Below are positions 40,110 through 50,900 of a stretch of 64,000 nt of DNA, one piece after another; the first letter of the stretch is position 1, and every line of letters begins with the position of its first letter. Below the pieces are notes generated by a model. It saw only the letters and a program-made list of their open reading frames with translations, ran no database searches and was not told where the DNA came from. A program made the position numbers and the translations under genes. The DNA is from an uncultured Gemmatimonadaceae bacterium (GTDB lineage Bacteria > Gemmatimonadota > Gemmatimonadetes > Gemmatimonadales > Gemmatimonadaceae): the NCBI GenBank assembly GCA_963817955.1, contig CAWFQK010000002.1, positions 928,001 to 992,000 on the forward strand, in the 5' to 3' direction.

Positions 40110-41693
40110 GTGTCAATGGAAAGTAAAGCCATACCCCCGCTTATCGCTGTTTTTGCCGCGCTCGCCCTGGCCGCCTGCGGCTCCCCGGGGGCACCGTCCC
40201 GGCATGAGCTGATCGACTCGCGCGACCAATACGATCCACGGTCCCTGGATCCGGCGCTATCCACCGACGTGCCGACGGGTCGGGCTGTGGGCTATGTCTT
40301 CGATGGCCTCACGCGCTTCGACCCATCGGCCAAGGTCGAGCCGTCGTTGGCCGAGCGGTGGAACGTCACGCCCGACGGCCTCGTGTACACCTTTCACCTG
40401 CGCCGCGGCGTCACCTTTCATGACGGAGCAGTATTTACCGCTCGGAACGTCGCGAGCAGTTGGGAGCGGGCGCTCGATCCGACCACGAAGAGCGGCGCGG
40501 CGCAGTTTCTCTTCCCCATCAAAGGGGCTCGCGAATTCAACGCTGGAACGGCGAAGAGTGTTTCTGGCATCGTCGTGCGCGATGACAGCACGCTGGTCGT
40601 CACGCTCGCCGAGCCGTTGGCGATCTTCACGAAGATGCTCGCGATGCCGGTCGCCGCGGTCGTACCCGAGCACGTACCGGCGGACTTCGGTGAGCATCCC
40701 ATCGGCACGGGTCCCTGGAAGCTCGTGGAATGGAAGCACGACGACTACCTGCTGTTCGCGCGCAATCCATCGTACTTTGGTGGCGCGGCCAAGACGGACA
40801 CGCTCCGCGCACGCATCATCGCCGAGCCGAGCACCGCTGTCGCCGAATTCGAGAGCGGCAATGTCGACGTGCTGCAGATTCCCGCGGCCGAAGCAGCGGA
40901 TTGGGAGGAAGACGAAAGTCGCAGGCCACTGCTCATGTCCACGCCGGCGCTCGAGCTCGTCTACATCGGAATCAACACCACGCGGGGCCCGCTCGCCGAC
41001 GTCCGCGTGCGGCAGGCAATCAACTATGCGATCGATGTGAATCGCATCATCGAGCGATTGATCGGCGGACGCGGCACCCGCGCGGCCGGCGTCATTCCGC
41101 CGGCCCTCGCCGGGTACGACAGCGCGCGAAAGCCATATCCGTACGACACGCTCAAGGCGAGACAGCTCCTTGCCGCTGCCGGCCACCCGAACGGGATCGA
41201 CGTCGAGCTCTGGGCCCCGGCCGATCCGGTGTACCTGCGCATTGCCGAGACGGTTCAGGCCTACCTGAACAACGTCGGCATTCGGACGAAGATCGTTCAG
41301 CGCGAACCGGCCGCGTCACGCGCCGCCGCCCGCAAAGGCGAAACGGACATGATTCTCAAGGACTGGTACGCGGACTATCCGGATGCCGAGGACTTTCTCT
41401 ATCCACTGCTGCACAGTACGAACAAGGGCGCCGGTGGGAACGTATCCTTCTACGCCAATCCGGTGTTCGACAGTATCGTCACGACGGCACGCCACGAGCT
41501 CGACGAGTCGAAGCGCAATCAGCTGTACCGCGAGGCAGACTCGGTGGCATTCAAAGACGCGCCCATGGTGTTCCTGTACTTCTATGACGAGCTGTATGCC
41601 GTTCAGCCCTGGGTGAAGCACTTCGTACCACCCGTGATCTTCAACGGGCAGCGCTGGCTCAACGTGACGATCGACACCAGCAAGAAGAAATGA
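40110..41693 (+). CDS. Peptide/nickel ABC transporter substrate-binding lipoprotein (family 5)
   Basis: LAAC lipobox, SLDPA, YTFHLRRGVTFHDG, PIGTGPW, VRVRQAINYAID. Confidence 0.93.
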   Translation: MSMESKAIPPLIAVFAALALAACGSPGAPSRHELIDSRDQYDPRSLDPALSTDVPTGRAVGYVFDGLTRFDPSAKVEPSLAERWNVTPDGLVYTFHLRRGVTFHDGAVFTARNVASSWERALDPTTKSGAAQFLFPIKGAREFNAGTAKSVSGIVVRDDSTLVVTLAEPLAIFTKMLAMPVAAVVPEHVPADFGEHPIGTGPWKLVEWKHDDYLLFARNPSYFGGAAKTDTLRARIIAEPSTAVAEFESGNVDVLQIPAAEAADWEEDESRRPLLMSTPALELVYIGINTTRGPLADVRVRQAINYAIDVNRIIERLIGGRGTRAAGVIPPALAGYDSARKPYPYDTLKARQLLAAAGHPNGIDVELWAPADPVYLRIAETVQAYLNNVGIRTKIVQREPAASRAAARKGETDMILKDWYADYPDAEDFLYPLLHSTNKGAGGNVSFYANPVFDSIVTTARHELDESKRNQLYREADSVAFKDAPMVFLYFYDELYAVQPWVKHFVPPVIFNGQRWLNVTIDTSKKK

Positions 41694-42610
41694 CGACGTT
41701 CATTCTACGCCGCATACTACTCTCCATCCCCACGCTGTTCGGCGTGCTCGTCGTGGCGTTCCTGCTGCTCTATGTTGCACCGGGCGATCCGGTCGAAGCA
41801 ATGATTGGCGAACGCGCCGACAGCGCGACGATCGCACGCCTCCGCACACAGCTTCACCTCGACGATCCGCTGCCCGTTCGGTTTGGCCACTACGTGGGCA
41901 GCGTCCTTACCGGTGATCTCGGGCGCTCCTACATCACGAACCGGCCGATCGCACAGGACATTCGCGAGCGGTTCCCAAAGACGCTGCAACTCGCCGGCTC
42001 GGCAATGGTCCTGGCAACGATCGTGGGCATCACCCTCGGCGTGCTGAGTGCGCGTCACCCCGGGGGTGTTGCGGACCGCCTCGCGCTGGGCATCGCCTAT
42101 CTCGGGATTTCGTTCCCCGTCTACTGGGTTGGACTGCTCCTGATCCTGTTGTTCGCCGTTACGCTGCGCGCGCTCCCGCCTTCCGGCTACGGCAGCCTGC
42201 GTTTCCTCGCGTTGCCGGCGCTCACGCTCGGCATGCGCTCAATCGCCTTCCTCGCCCGCATGACGCGATCGGCCATGCTCGAGGCCCTGAGCGCCGATTT
42301 CGTGCGCACGGCGCGCGCGAAGGGGTTGAGCGAGTGGCTCGTCACATTCAGGCACGCCCTGCGCAACGCACTCATTCCGGTGATCACCGTTCTTGGTCTC
42401 GACTTCGGCGCGTACCTCACCGGGAGCATTCTCACCGAGACGATCTTTTCCTGGCCCGGCATTGGTCGCTACGTGGTCAATGCGATCTCACGCCGCGATC
42501 TCCCCGCCATCCAGGGGGCAGTGCTGTTCCTCAGCACCGTGTTCGTGCTGGTCAACCTGATTACCGATCTGGCGTATGCGAAGGCCGATCCGCGGGTCAG
42601 GTACGATTGA
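41690..42610 (+). CDS. Peptide ABC transporter permease (DppB/OppB-like)
   Basis: APGDPV, GDLGRS, DFVRTARAKGL EAA loop, ETIFSWPGIG, DPRVRY. Confidence 0.93.
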   Translation: MTTFILRRILLSIPTLFGVLVVAFLLLYVAPGDPVEAMIGERADSATIARLRTQLHLDDPLPVRFGHYVGSVLTGDLGRSYITNRPIAQDIRERFPKTLQLAGSAMVLATIVGITLGVLSARHPGGVADRLALGIAYLGISFPVYWVGLLLILLFAVTLRALPPSGYGSLRFLALPALTLGMRSIAFLARMTRSAMLEALSADFVRTARAKGLSEWLVTFRHALRNALIPVITVLGLDFGAYLTGSILTETIFSWPGIGRYVVNAISRRDLPAIQGAVLFLSTVFVLVNLITDLAYAKADPRVRYD

Positions 42611-42618
42611 CGGGGTGT

Positions 42619-42965
42619 GAGACACGGGACACGAGACGCGAGAAACTCACAACGCGCAACTCACAACTGGACACTCGAAACTCGCCGACCGGCGATAGTG
42701 GCCTGCGAACCAGGTGCCCCGGTGCGCATGACCCGTATACTGACAACTGACAACTCACCACTGACAACTGATCACAGTACCCGCGATACCTGTCATCCTG
42801 ATCGAAGGCCTGTCATCCTGAGCGAAGGACCTGGGAGACGGATTGGCCTCCGGGTGTTGACCGGCCGGATGTCGCTGGCTGCTCCGTACCGGTCGGCCCG
42901 CCGGTCGGCGAGTTTCGAGTTGCCAGTTGTGAGTTGTGCGTTGTGAGTTTCTCGTGTCCCGTGTC
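42619..42965. repeat. Large inverted-repeat element (~70-bp arms of heptamer repeats) enclosing ACTGACA repeats and two GTCATCCTGA REP motifs
   Basis: Left arm GACACGGGACACGAG...AAACTCACAACGCGCAACTCACAACTGGACACTCGAAACTCGCCGACCGGCG (to 42694) mirrors 42899-42965. Confidence 0.85.
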
Positions 42966-42991
42966 CCGGGCTCCCCCGTGTCCCCCGCCCG

Positions 42992-44014
42992 CTACTCGTC
43001 CGTCTGTCCGAAGATCGACATGTTCGACGAGTGTCCGGGCGTCACCTTTCGTTCCGGATACACCCAATGCACCGCTTGATTGACCGCCATCGCTGCCTCG
43101 GCGAAGCCGGTGACGATCAGCTTGAGCTTTCCAGGATAGGTGGTGATGTCGCCCGCCGCGTAGATGCCGGCACGACCGGTCTCCATCATACTATTCACCA
43201 CGATTTCGTCTTTCTCGAGCGTCAGTCCCCAGTCGGCGAGCGGACCGATATCGCTGACGAATCCGAGCATTGGCAGCACGGCGTCGGCGTCGATGTCGCA
43301 CGTGGTCTTCGCTTTCACGGCGCGCAGCGTGACGTGGGTGAATCTGTTCGGATCGTTCGAGCAGCGGATGTCGTTCAGTTCGTGAAAGGTGAACAGATCG
43401 GCGCGGCCCGATTGGACTGCCGCGTGGAACTGAGCAACAGTGGCGGCGTGTGCGCGGAACCGATCGCTGCGATGCACGATGGTGACCCGCGCCGCACGAT
43501 CCAGCAGTTGCGTGCCCCAGTCGAACGCCGTATCCCCACCTCCGATGATCACCACGCGCTGATCGCGGAATGCTTCGGGATCTGTGACGACATCGAAGAT
43601 GCCGCGGCCGTACCACGGCTCGGCACACTTCTGCGGCAGCCGGCGTGGCGAAAATGCGCCGATACCGGCCGCGATCACGATGGCACGGGACCGAAAGCGG
43701 TCCTTGTCGGTGACGAGCACGAAGTGTTCGTCCGCCTGCTCGAGTCCCACGACGCGGTGCCCCAGGTGGATCGGCTGGTCGAACTGGCGCGCCTGCTCGG
43801 AAAGTGATCGTACGAGATCTTTCGCCAGAATCTTGGGAAACCCGGCGACATCGAAGATGTCTTTCTCGGGATAGAGCGCCGTGAGCTGGCCGCCGAGATC
43901 GGGAAGCGCGTCGACGATCTGCGCCGTCGCGCGCCGCATGCCGGCGTAGAAGAGGCCGAAGATCCCGGTAGGACCGCCGCCAATGATCGTGATGTCGCGA
44001 ATGTCGTGAGGCAT
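42992..44014 (-). CDS. Thioredoxin reductase-like ferredoxin--NADP+ reductase (YumC-type)
   Basis: IIGGGPTG, GGQLTALYPEK, IGGGDTAFD, AAGDI, YPGKLKLI, PGHSS; no CxxC. Confidence 0.9.
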   Translation of the reverse strand: MPHDIRDITIIGGGPTGIFGLFYAGMRRATAQIVDALPDLGGQLTALYPEKDIFDVAGFPKILAKDLVRSLSEQARQFDQPIHLGHRVVGLEQADEHFVLVTDKDRFRSRAIVIAAGIGAFSPRRLPQKCAEPWYGRGIFDVVTDPEAFRDQRVVIIGGGDTAFDWGTQLLDRAARVTIVHRSDRFRAHAATVAQFHAAVQSGRADLFTFHELNDIRCSNDPNRFTHVTLRAVKAKTTCDIDADAVLPMLGFVSDIGPLADWGLTLEKDEIVVNSMMETGRAGIYAAGDITTYPGKLKLIVTGFAEAAMAVNQAVHWVYPERKVTPGHSSNMSIFGQTDE

Positions 44015-44073
44015 GGGGGAGAAACCTACTAAGAGGCGCGCGTCACGCGCACCCGTCTTACATTGTTTTGTCC

Positions 44074-44619
44074 ATGAAGATCTACACGAAGTCCGGCGAT
44101 GCCGGCGACACTGGGCTGTTTGGCGGCGGTCGTGTTCCCAAGAGCCACCCGCGCGTCGAAGCGTACGGCGACGTCGACGAGCTCAATGCGGCCCTCGGCG
44201 TCGCGCGCGCGGCAGAACCCATGCCGCGCATCGACGAGGTGGTCGTCTCCGTGCAACGCGACCTGTTCGCCATCGGCGCGCTGCTCGCCACGCCTGACCG
44301 CGACAAGATGCGTGAGCACATCGAGAAAGCACGCATCGACGATGCACGCATCGCGGAATTGGAGCGTGCGATCGATGCTGCCGACGCGGAGCTCGAACCA
44401 CTGCGCGCCTTCATCGTGCCTGGCGGATCGCCCAAGGCCGCAGCGCTCCACGTAGCGCGCACCGTGTGCCGGCGCGCCGAGCGGCGTGTCGTGGAGCTTG
44501 GACACAACACGGAGATCCCGCCGCTCGTCGTGATCTATCTCAACCGGTTGTCAGACCTTCTGTTCATGCTCGCGCGCGTGGCCAACAAACGGTCGGGCAC
44601 CGGTGAGGTAACGTGGTAA
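44074..44619 (+). CDS. ATP:cob(I)alamin adenosyltransferase, PduO type
   Basis: KIYTKSGDAGDT, YGDVDELN, ARTVCRRAER, YLNRLSDLLF. Confidence 0.95.
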   Translation: MKIYTKSGDAGDTGLFGGGRVPKSHPRVEAYGDVDELNAALGVARAAEPMPRIDEVVVSVQRDLFAIGALLATPDRDKMREHIEKARIDDARIAELERAIDAADAELEPLRAFIVPGGSPKAAALHVARTVCRRAERRVVELGHNTEIPPLVVIYLNRLSDLLFMLARVANKRSGTGEVTW

Positions 44620-45701
44620 TGCGATCGCGTGAAGTGGCGTTACCCACCTATCGGGTCACGATCGCCCCCGGCGCGCTGAACCGCCTCGGCGAGATCGTGC
44701 GCGACGCAGCACCGGCGCACCGCTACGCCGTGATCACGGACAGCAACGTGGGGCCAGTGTACGCCGAGGCGGTGGGTTCCGCTCTCGGCAGCGAGCACAC
44801 GAGCACATTCACCATTCCCGCCGGCGAAGCGCACAAGACGCGAGACACATGGGCGTCGCTGAGCGACGCCATGCTGGCCGACGGATTCGGTCGCGACACG
44901 AGCATCGTCGCATTGGGCGGAGGAGTGGTCGGCGACCTCGCCGGATTCGTCGCGGCCACGTTCATGCGGGGGCTGCCGTTCGTTCAGGTGCCGACGAGTC
45001 TCCTCGCGATGATCGACGCGTCGGTCGGCGGAAAGACCGGCGTCGATACGGCGGCGGGGAAGAACCTTGTCGGCGCCTTTCATCAACCGGCGGCCGTGAT
45101 TGCCGACACGCGTGTGCTCGCGACGCTGCCGATCGAGCACCTGCGCGCCGGACTTGCCGAGGCGATCAAGCACGGCGTGATCGCCGACGATCGCTACTTC
45201 GATTCCGTGGCGACCGTCGCGTCGGATCTCACCGGTGTCGACGTCGCCGGCGACGCGATGCTCGATCTCGTGGCGCGAAGCGTGGAGATCAAGGCCGACA
45301 TCGTCCGCCGCGATGAACGCGAGGGCGGTGTGCGCAAGACACTGAACTTTGGCCATACCATTGGGCATGCCGTGGAGCTGTGCAGCGAGTATCGGGTGTT
45401 GCACGGCAGCGCGGTCGCGATCGGGATGGTGTACGAGAGCATGATCGCCGAACGCCTCGGCGTAGCCGAAACCGGAACCGCCGCGCGCGTGGAAAGTGTC
45501 GTGCGCGCGGCGGGTCTTCCGGTGGCGCGGCCGAGCACGATGTCCGTGGACGCCATCATCGCAGCCACACGCGGCGACAAGAAGGCGCGCGCCGGGCGAG
45601 CAGAGTACGCGCTTCCGACGCGCATCGGCGCCATGACCGCAGCGGATCGCGGGTGGTCGGTGCCCGTGAGCGATGATCTCGTGCGGGAGGTGCTCGCGTG
45701 A
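44619..45701 (+). CDS. aroB: 3-dehydroquinate synthase
   Basis: GGGVVGDLAGF, DASVGGKTG, KNLVGAFHQP, LNFGHTIGHA. Confidence 0.96.
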   Translation: MRSREVALPTYRVTIAPGALNRLGEIVRDAAPAHRYAVITDSNVGPVYAEAVGSALGSEHTSTFTIPAGEAHKTRDTWASLSDAMLADGFGRDTSIVALGGGVVGDLAGFVAATFMRGLPFVQVPTSLLAMIDASVGGKTGVDTAAGKNLVGAFHQPAAVIADTRVLATLPIEHLRAGLAEAIKHGVIADDRYFDSVATVASDLTGVDVAGDAMLDLVARSVEIKADIVRRDEREGGVRKTLNFGHTIGHAVELCSEYRVLHGSAVAIGMVYESMIAERLGVAETGTAARVESVVRAAGLPVARPSTMSVDAIIAATRGDKKARAGRAEYALPTRIGAMTAADRGWSVPVSDDLVREVLA

Positions 45702-46198
45702 AACGCGCCCTCGCGGCGCTCGTGGTCATGTGGTTGTGCGCCTGCGCGCGAGGGCAAGACGGGCCGCTGCGGCACGCGCCTGTTGTCGTGATGAGCGACC
45801 TGCGACTGCCTGGCGCTCTCGTTGAAGGAGCAGCGCGGGGATGGTGGAAGCTGCCGGCGCGCCAGGCGCGTTACGGCGACCCGCTGCCAGTTGGTGTCAC
45901 GATGTACTGTCTGCAGGGCACCACGCGGCGCGGACGGTACGTGCGGAGCGGAATCGTCGCGGCCGATCCAAGATACTTTCCGCTCGCGAAATACATCGAA
46001 CTGTACATCGGGCGGCGCTATCTCGGCCGGTTTCTGGTCGACGATACTGGCAGGCGCATTCGCGGCGCGCGGATCGACGTGTGGACGAACAGCTGCCGCG
46101 ACGCGCGTCGGTTCGGGATTCAGCGCGGCACGGCCGTGGTGGTGCAGACGCCACGCTTTGCGATACGACAGGCAGGCACATCGGAGCCTCGCGAGTAA
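45698..46198 (+). CDS. 3D (Asp-Asp-Asp) domain protein, putative cell-wall lytic transglycosylase-like
   Basis: TMYC...VAADPRYFPL...DDTG...RIDVW pattern, N-terminal signal. Confidence 0.82.
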   Translation: MKRALAALVVMWLCACARGQDGPLRHAPVVVMSDLRLPGALVEGAARGWWKLPARQARYGDPLPVGVTMYCLQGTTRRGRYVRSGIVAADPRYFPLAKYIELYIGRRYLGRFLVDDTGRRIRGARIDVWTNSCRDARRFGIQRGTAVVVQTPRFAIRQAGTSEPRE

Positions 46199-46253
46199 CG
46201 CGGGCTCGCCCCTTGCTTAGTTGAGCCCGCGCCCTCTCCAACAGGCTTGAGCC

Positions 46254-46466
46254 ATGTCCTCGTTCACGACGTATCTCATCGGGTTCATCATTCTCATCGT
46301 CGGGCTCGCTCTGGGGGCGCACCTGCTCAACGTTCCCCATACATGGATCGCAGTGGGCGTGGTGGTGCTGCTCGGGATTGGCGTGCTCAGCGCCACGAGC
46401 CGTACGAAGATGCGCGATCCGTCCAAGCCAGGGGAGAACCGTCCGCCTTCGGGGCCGACGGATTAG
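46254..46466 (+). CDS. Small two-TM membrane protein
   Basis: 70 aa with two hydrophobic helices and a polar tail. Confidence 0.75.
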   Translation: MSSFTTYLIGFIILIVGLALGAHLLNVPHTWIAVGVVVLLGIGVLSATSRTKMRDPSKPGENRPPSGPTD

Positions 46467-46690
46467 GCGCGCGGTGACGAGTTGGTGGCTGGCGGTGATG
46501 AACCGGCCGACCGAACGGCTGAAACCGCCAGCAAACCGAAGCCAGACCGAAGCAAAGGCGCAATTCGGTCATAACGACGGAATACTTTATACCTTCCAAA
46601 CACCTTGAGAAGTAACCTGCAAGCACCTGTCAAATCAACAACATGGGATCATTCCAACGCGAACTTCCGCCATAGTGGCGTAATTTTCTG

Positions 46691-46719
46691 TTGACGCCTC
46701 TACAGCCCAACATTATCCT
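46691..46719 (+). promoter_or_regulatory. Putative sigma70 promoter TTGACG-N17-TATCCT
   Basis: ~95 bp upstream of the sigma factor ATG, in an AT-rich region. Confidence 0.55.
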
Positions 46720-46813
46720 GCCCGTCCCTGCCACGGGATAGCCGTAGGCTCTGGATCGCGCGAGCGGACGTACGCTCGCTCCACTAACCGGCGTTTATCG
46801 GGAAGGAGCGTGT

Positions 46814-47707
46814 ATGGAGCAAGTGACCGAGACCAGATCGTCGAAGGGATACTTCCGATCGTCTCCGTCCAGCGCGTTCGATCAGTATCTGCATGATATC
46901 CAGAAGCTCCCGCTGATCCAGGATCCAGAAGAGGAGCGCCGGCTCGCACGGCGTGCACAAAAGGGAGATGAAAAGGCGGCCGAACGGCTCGTCACGGCGA
47001 ACCTCCGATTCGTCATCTCCTACGTCAAGAAGTATCAAGGCCATGGGCTCGATCTGAGCGAGCTCGTCGCGATCGGAAATGAAGGTCTCCTGAAGGCTGT
47101 CCGGAAATTCGACCCGGACCAGGGAGTCAAGTTCATTTCGTACGCCGTCTGGTGGGTGCGTCAGGCCGTGCTCAAGGCGCTCGCCGAGCAGACTCGTTCG
47201 GTGCGCATTCCGCTCAATCAGAATTCGCAGCTCATCCGCCTCGCGCGCGCCGAGACAATTCTCGCGCAAGTGCTCAAGCGCGACCCCACCGAAGACGAAG
47301 TCAGCCGGCTGCTCGAGGAGACGCCGGAAGTCGTGCGCGCGGCAAAGCAGATGTCGGCGACGGAAATCTCGCTCGATGCTCCCATCGACCGGTCCGACCG
47401 GGAGGCATCGACCCTCGGCGAGCGCTTTGCCGGTGTCGACGGGACTGAGATCGAGGAAGTAACCGACTACAAGCTGATGCGCGAGTTTATCGACCGCGTG
47501 TTCAAGAAGTATCTCACGCCGCGCGAGCGGAAGATCCTTCATCTGTACTATGGATTGGAGGAAGGCTCGGAGGCGATGACACTGGAGAGGATTGGCGAGC
47601 TGATGGGGGTCACCCGGGAGCGGATTCGCCAGATCCGCGAGCGTGCCTTCGAGAAGCTGCGCGATTCGCCGGACGGAAAGGCGCTCTGCGGGTTCTGGGC
47701 AGCCTGA
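46814..47707 (+). CDS. RNA polymerase sigma factor, RpoD/SigA family lacking region 1.1
   Basis: YLHDIQKLPL, ANLRFV, KFISYAVWWVRQA, RSVRIP, TRERIRQI; AAGGAG RBS. Confidence 0.95.
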   Translation: MEQVTETRSSKGYFRSSPSSAFDQYLHDIQKLPLIQDPEEERRLARRAQKGDEKAAERLVTANLRFVISYVKKYQGHGLDLSELVAIGNEGLLKAVRKFDPDQGVKFISYAVWWVRQAVLKALAEQTRSVRIPLNQNSQLIRLARAETILAQVLKRDPTEDEVSRLLEETPEVVRAAKQMSATEISLDAPIDRSDREASTLGERFAGVDGTEIEEVTDYKLMREFIDRVFKKYLTPRERKILHLYYGLEEGSEAMTLERIGELMGVTRERIRQIRERAFEKLRDSPDGKALCGFWAA

Positions 47708-47736
47708 ACCACGGACGCATCAAAATTCTTCCAAGC

Positions 47737-47766
47737 AAAGAGGCCGGGACCTGTCCCGGCCTCTTT
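47737..47766. terminator. Intrinsic terminator after the sigma factor
   Basis: AAAGAGGCCGGGA-loop-TCCCGGCCTCTTT. Confidence 0.8.
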
Positions 47767-47770
47767 ATTG

Positions 47771-47851
47771 TCTGCCAATGAGCGTCAGGTCATATGGCCG
47801 ACTCATGAGCGTCATACCATATGATCTGCCAATGAGCGTCATGTCATTGAC
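47771..47851. repeat. Three tandem 27-bp units with an invariant ATGAGCGTCA core
   Basis: ATGAGCGTCA at 47778, 47805 and 47832; units 1 and 3 share TCTGCCAATGAGCGTCA. Confidence 0.85.
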
Positions 47852-47904
47852 GTGATATGCGTTGTCGAGGTCGAAACGCTCTAGCTCGCTGATCGTCCAT
47901 TGAC

Positions 47905-50900
47905 GTGTTCAACCGAGATGAAAGCAAACGGGGCCGCGGCGTTGCGGTAGCCGGTGCGTTCGCGGCAACGGTGCTGCTGACGTTGGGCGGCGCATGGCAT
48001 GTCGCGGATCTGCGCGCCACAAGGCGCGACGCGGTGGACCGCCGAATGACGGCAGCAGCAGACCATGCGGCGAAGCAGGTGGACGCCTGGATTGCGGAGC
48101 GCGCGGATGATGCATCTGCGCTGGTCGAGATCGCCGGAATCCGTGGTAGCGATTCGGCACAGCTCTCTCCGCGAATCGTGGGACGCATTCTCCGCCTTGA
48201 GATGGAGGCGACCAGGCACCACGGCAACTACGCGGCGGTGTGGCTCGTGGATCGCGGCGGCAAGGTACTTGGCTCCGCGGGGCAACAGACCCTGAGCGCC
48301 CTCGAGGACAGCGCAGTCCAGCGATCGTTGGAGACGCGGCACTCGCAGGTGAGCCGGCCCGAGCGGCGCGATGGCACCATTACGGTCGGCGTCTCGACCC
48401 CTGTTATCGTCACGGACAACGGACGGCACACGGCGGAAGCGGCGGTCGTCTTTCGCGCCAACCTGAATTCAGTCTTCACACGGAACGCTCTTGCGATGGT
48501 GGGGCCGACGCTGACGACGCCGGTTCTCGTCATTCCGGTCGACGGGAGCCTGATGAGCATCATGCCCTGTCCCCCGCCGTCGGCCACGGTGTGTCTCGCG
48601 ACCGGCGACACGCTCGCCAAGGTCGCCCAAGCGCCCGGCCAGGGGATCAGAGATGTCACCGCGGCGAACGGCCGCTCGGTGATTCTGGCGACGCGACACA
48701 TCGGGGCGCTTCCCTGGAGTGTCTACGATGCAATCGATGCGAGCAGCATCTTCGCCACTATGCGCGACCGCTTGCGCTTCGAGGCGCTGTTCCTGACGGG
48801 TCTGCTCCTCATGGGCGGCCTTGGTCTGTACGCCCACGAGCAGTCGGGCAACCTGCGCCGGCTCACCGAACGCGCGCAGACCGACGCACGATTCTCCGCC
48901 ATCGTCAACACGGCGATGGATGCGATCATCATCGTGAATGCCAGATACGAGATCGCCGTCATGAACAGCGCGGCGGAGATCATGTTCGGCTACTCCGCGT
49001 ACGACACGATCCGGCGCTCGGTACTCGAGCTCGTTCCGGCCGCGTCCACCGAAGAGCTACATCGCGCGTTGGTGCAGACGCTGCGCGCCGGCGAACAGCC
49101 GCGGCTCTTTTCCGCGGAGCGATACGCCGCCGGCCGACGAAGCGATGGATCGATGTTCCCGATCGATCTCAGCGTTTCGCGAACACAGCTCGACGGCCAA
49201 GTCCATCTCGCAATCGTCATCCGCGACATCACCGTTTGGAAACACGCCGAGGAGAGTTCGGAATGGCAACGTCGGGTGCTCGAGGCAATCGCCACCGGCA
49301 CCGACTTGCGCGACGTGCTCACCACGATCGTACGCTTTCACGAAACGCAGACCACCGGCGTCGATTGCGCCATTCACTTGATCGACGATGACGGCGTCAT
49401 GCTGAACATCGCGTCGGCGCCGTCGATGCACCCCGCGTTCATCGAAGCGATGGACGAGATCGTCATCGGACCTCATGCGGCGACCTGTGGAACGGCGGTC
49501 TATCGCCGAGAACAAGTGGTCACGCCGGACATCGCGACGGACCGGCTGTGGAACGAGTACCGGGCCCTGGCAAGCGAGCAGGGATATCGCTCCTGTTGGG
49601 CGTTGCCAATCCGCTCCCCGCAGGGACGCATGCTCGGCGCGATCGCGATGTATACCCGCGAGGAGCACACGCCGACCGCGATGGAGCTGCGCGTGAGCGC
49701 GGCGGCGACACAGCTCGCGGGCGTCGCCGTGGACCGCGCGCACGCAGCCGAATCCCTGCGGCAATCGGAGGCCAGCTTCCGGTCGTTCGTCGAGAACTCG
49801 CCAATCGGCATCTACCGCGCGACGGGCTCGGGGCGGCTCCTTGCTGTGAACGCCTCGCTGGTCGAGTTGCTTGGCTATTCGTCGGCGCTCGAACTGCTTC
49901 AGCTCGACATGGGGCGCGACTTGTTCGTCTCGGTGGCCGATCGGGAGCGGCTGGCGCAAGAGCTCAAGGCGCAGGGCGAGCTGCGCAGTGCCGAGGCAGA
50001 ATGGCGCCGTAAGGACGGAGCAACGGTTACGGTTCGCGTCAGCGCGCGCGCGTATCGCGACGAGCGCGGGTCGGTCTGGTTCACTGAAGGATTCGTGGAA
50101 AACGTGACGCCGCTGCGCGTCATCGAGCACGCGCTGCGCCAGTCAGAGAAGCTCGCCGCGCTGGGGCAACTGCTGTCCGGTGTGGCGCATGAACTGAACA
50201 ATCCCTTGGCGGCGATCCTGCATTTTACCGAGGATCTGCTCGACGACGAGCGGACGAGCGCCGACGTCGAGGCGCTCGGAATGATCCGCGATCAGGCGCG
50301 GAGGTCACGCACGATCGTTCGCGACTTGTTGTCCTTCGCACGCGCTCGCGATGCGTCGCGCACGCGCGTGCAGCTCACCGAAGCGCTTGCAGCGAGCGCC
50401 AAGGCACTCCAGCCGGCGGTGGAAGCGCTTGGCGCGCGCTTGGCGATCGACCTCCCGCTGAACGCAGTCTATGGCAACACAGACCGCGCCGGGCTGCAGC
50501 AGATCGTGACCAATCTCGTGATGAACGCAGCGCAGGCGTCAGGACCTGGCGGCATAGTGAGACTTCGCGGCAGCATTTCCGACCAGGAGATGTCGATCGT
50601 CGTCGAAGACAGTGGGCCGGGCATTCCGCCGACGCTCCAGAATCGGATCTTCGAGCCGTTCTTCACCACGAAACCGGTTGGCGAAGGGACGGGGCTTGGC
50701 TTGTCCGTCACACTCGGCATTGTCCAGCAACTCGGCGGTCATATCGCCGTCGAGAATCGGCAACCCGGGGACGGCACCGGCGCGTGCTTTACTGTCACGC
50801 TACCGATCGACGGGGACATGGCCGATGCGGGGAACGAGGCGATGCGCACGCCGTCCTTGCTCAAGCCAAACGACGTTGCCGGGCCCAGGCCGCGCGCGCT

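Noticed and set aside
42617..43067. ORFs 42617-42946 and 42813-43067
   Set aside because: They are translations of the heptamer inverted-repeat element, with no protein-like features.
46488..46532. Hairpin GCTGGCGGT...ACCGCCAGC upstream of the sigma factor as a riboswitch or ncRNA
   Set aside because: A single 9-bp stem with no recognisable aptamer motif; could simply be a terminator-like structure for the upstream gene.
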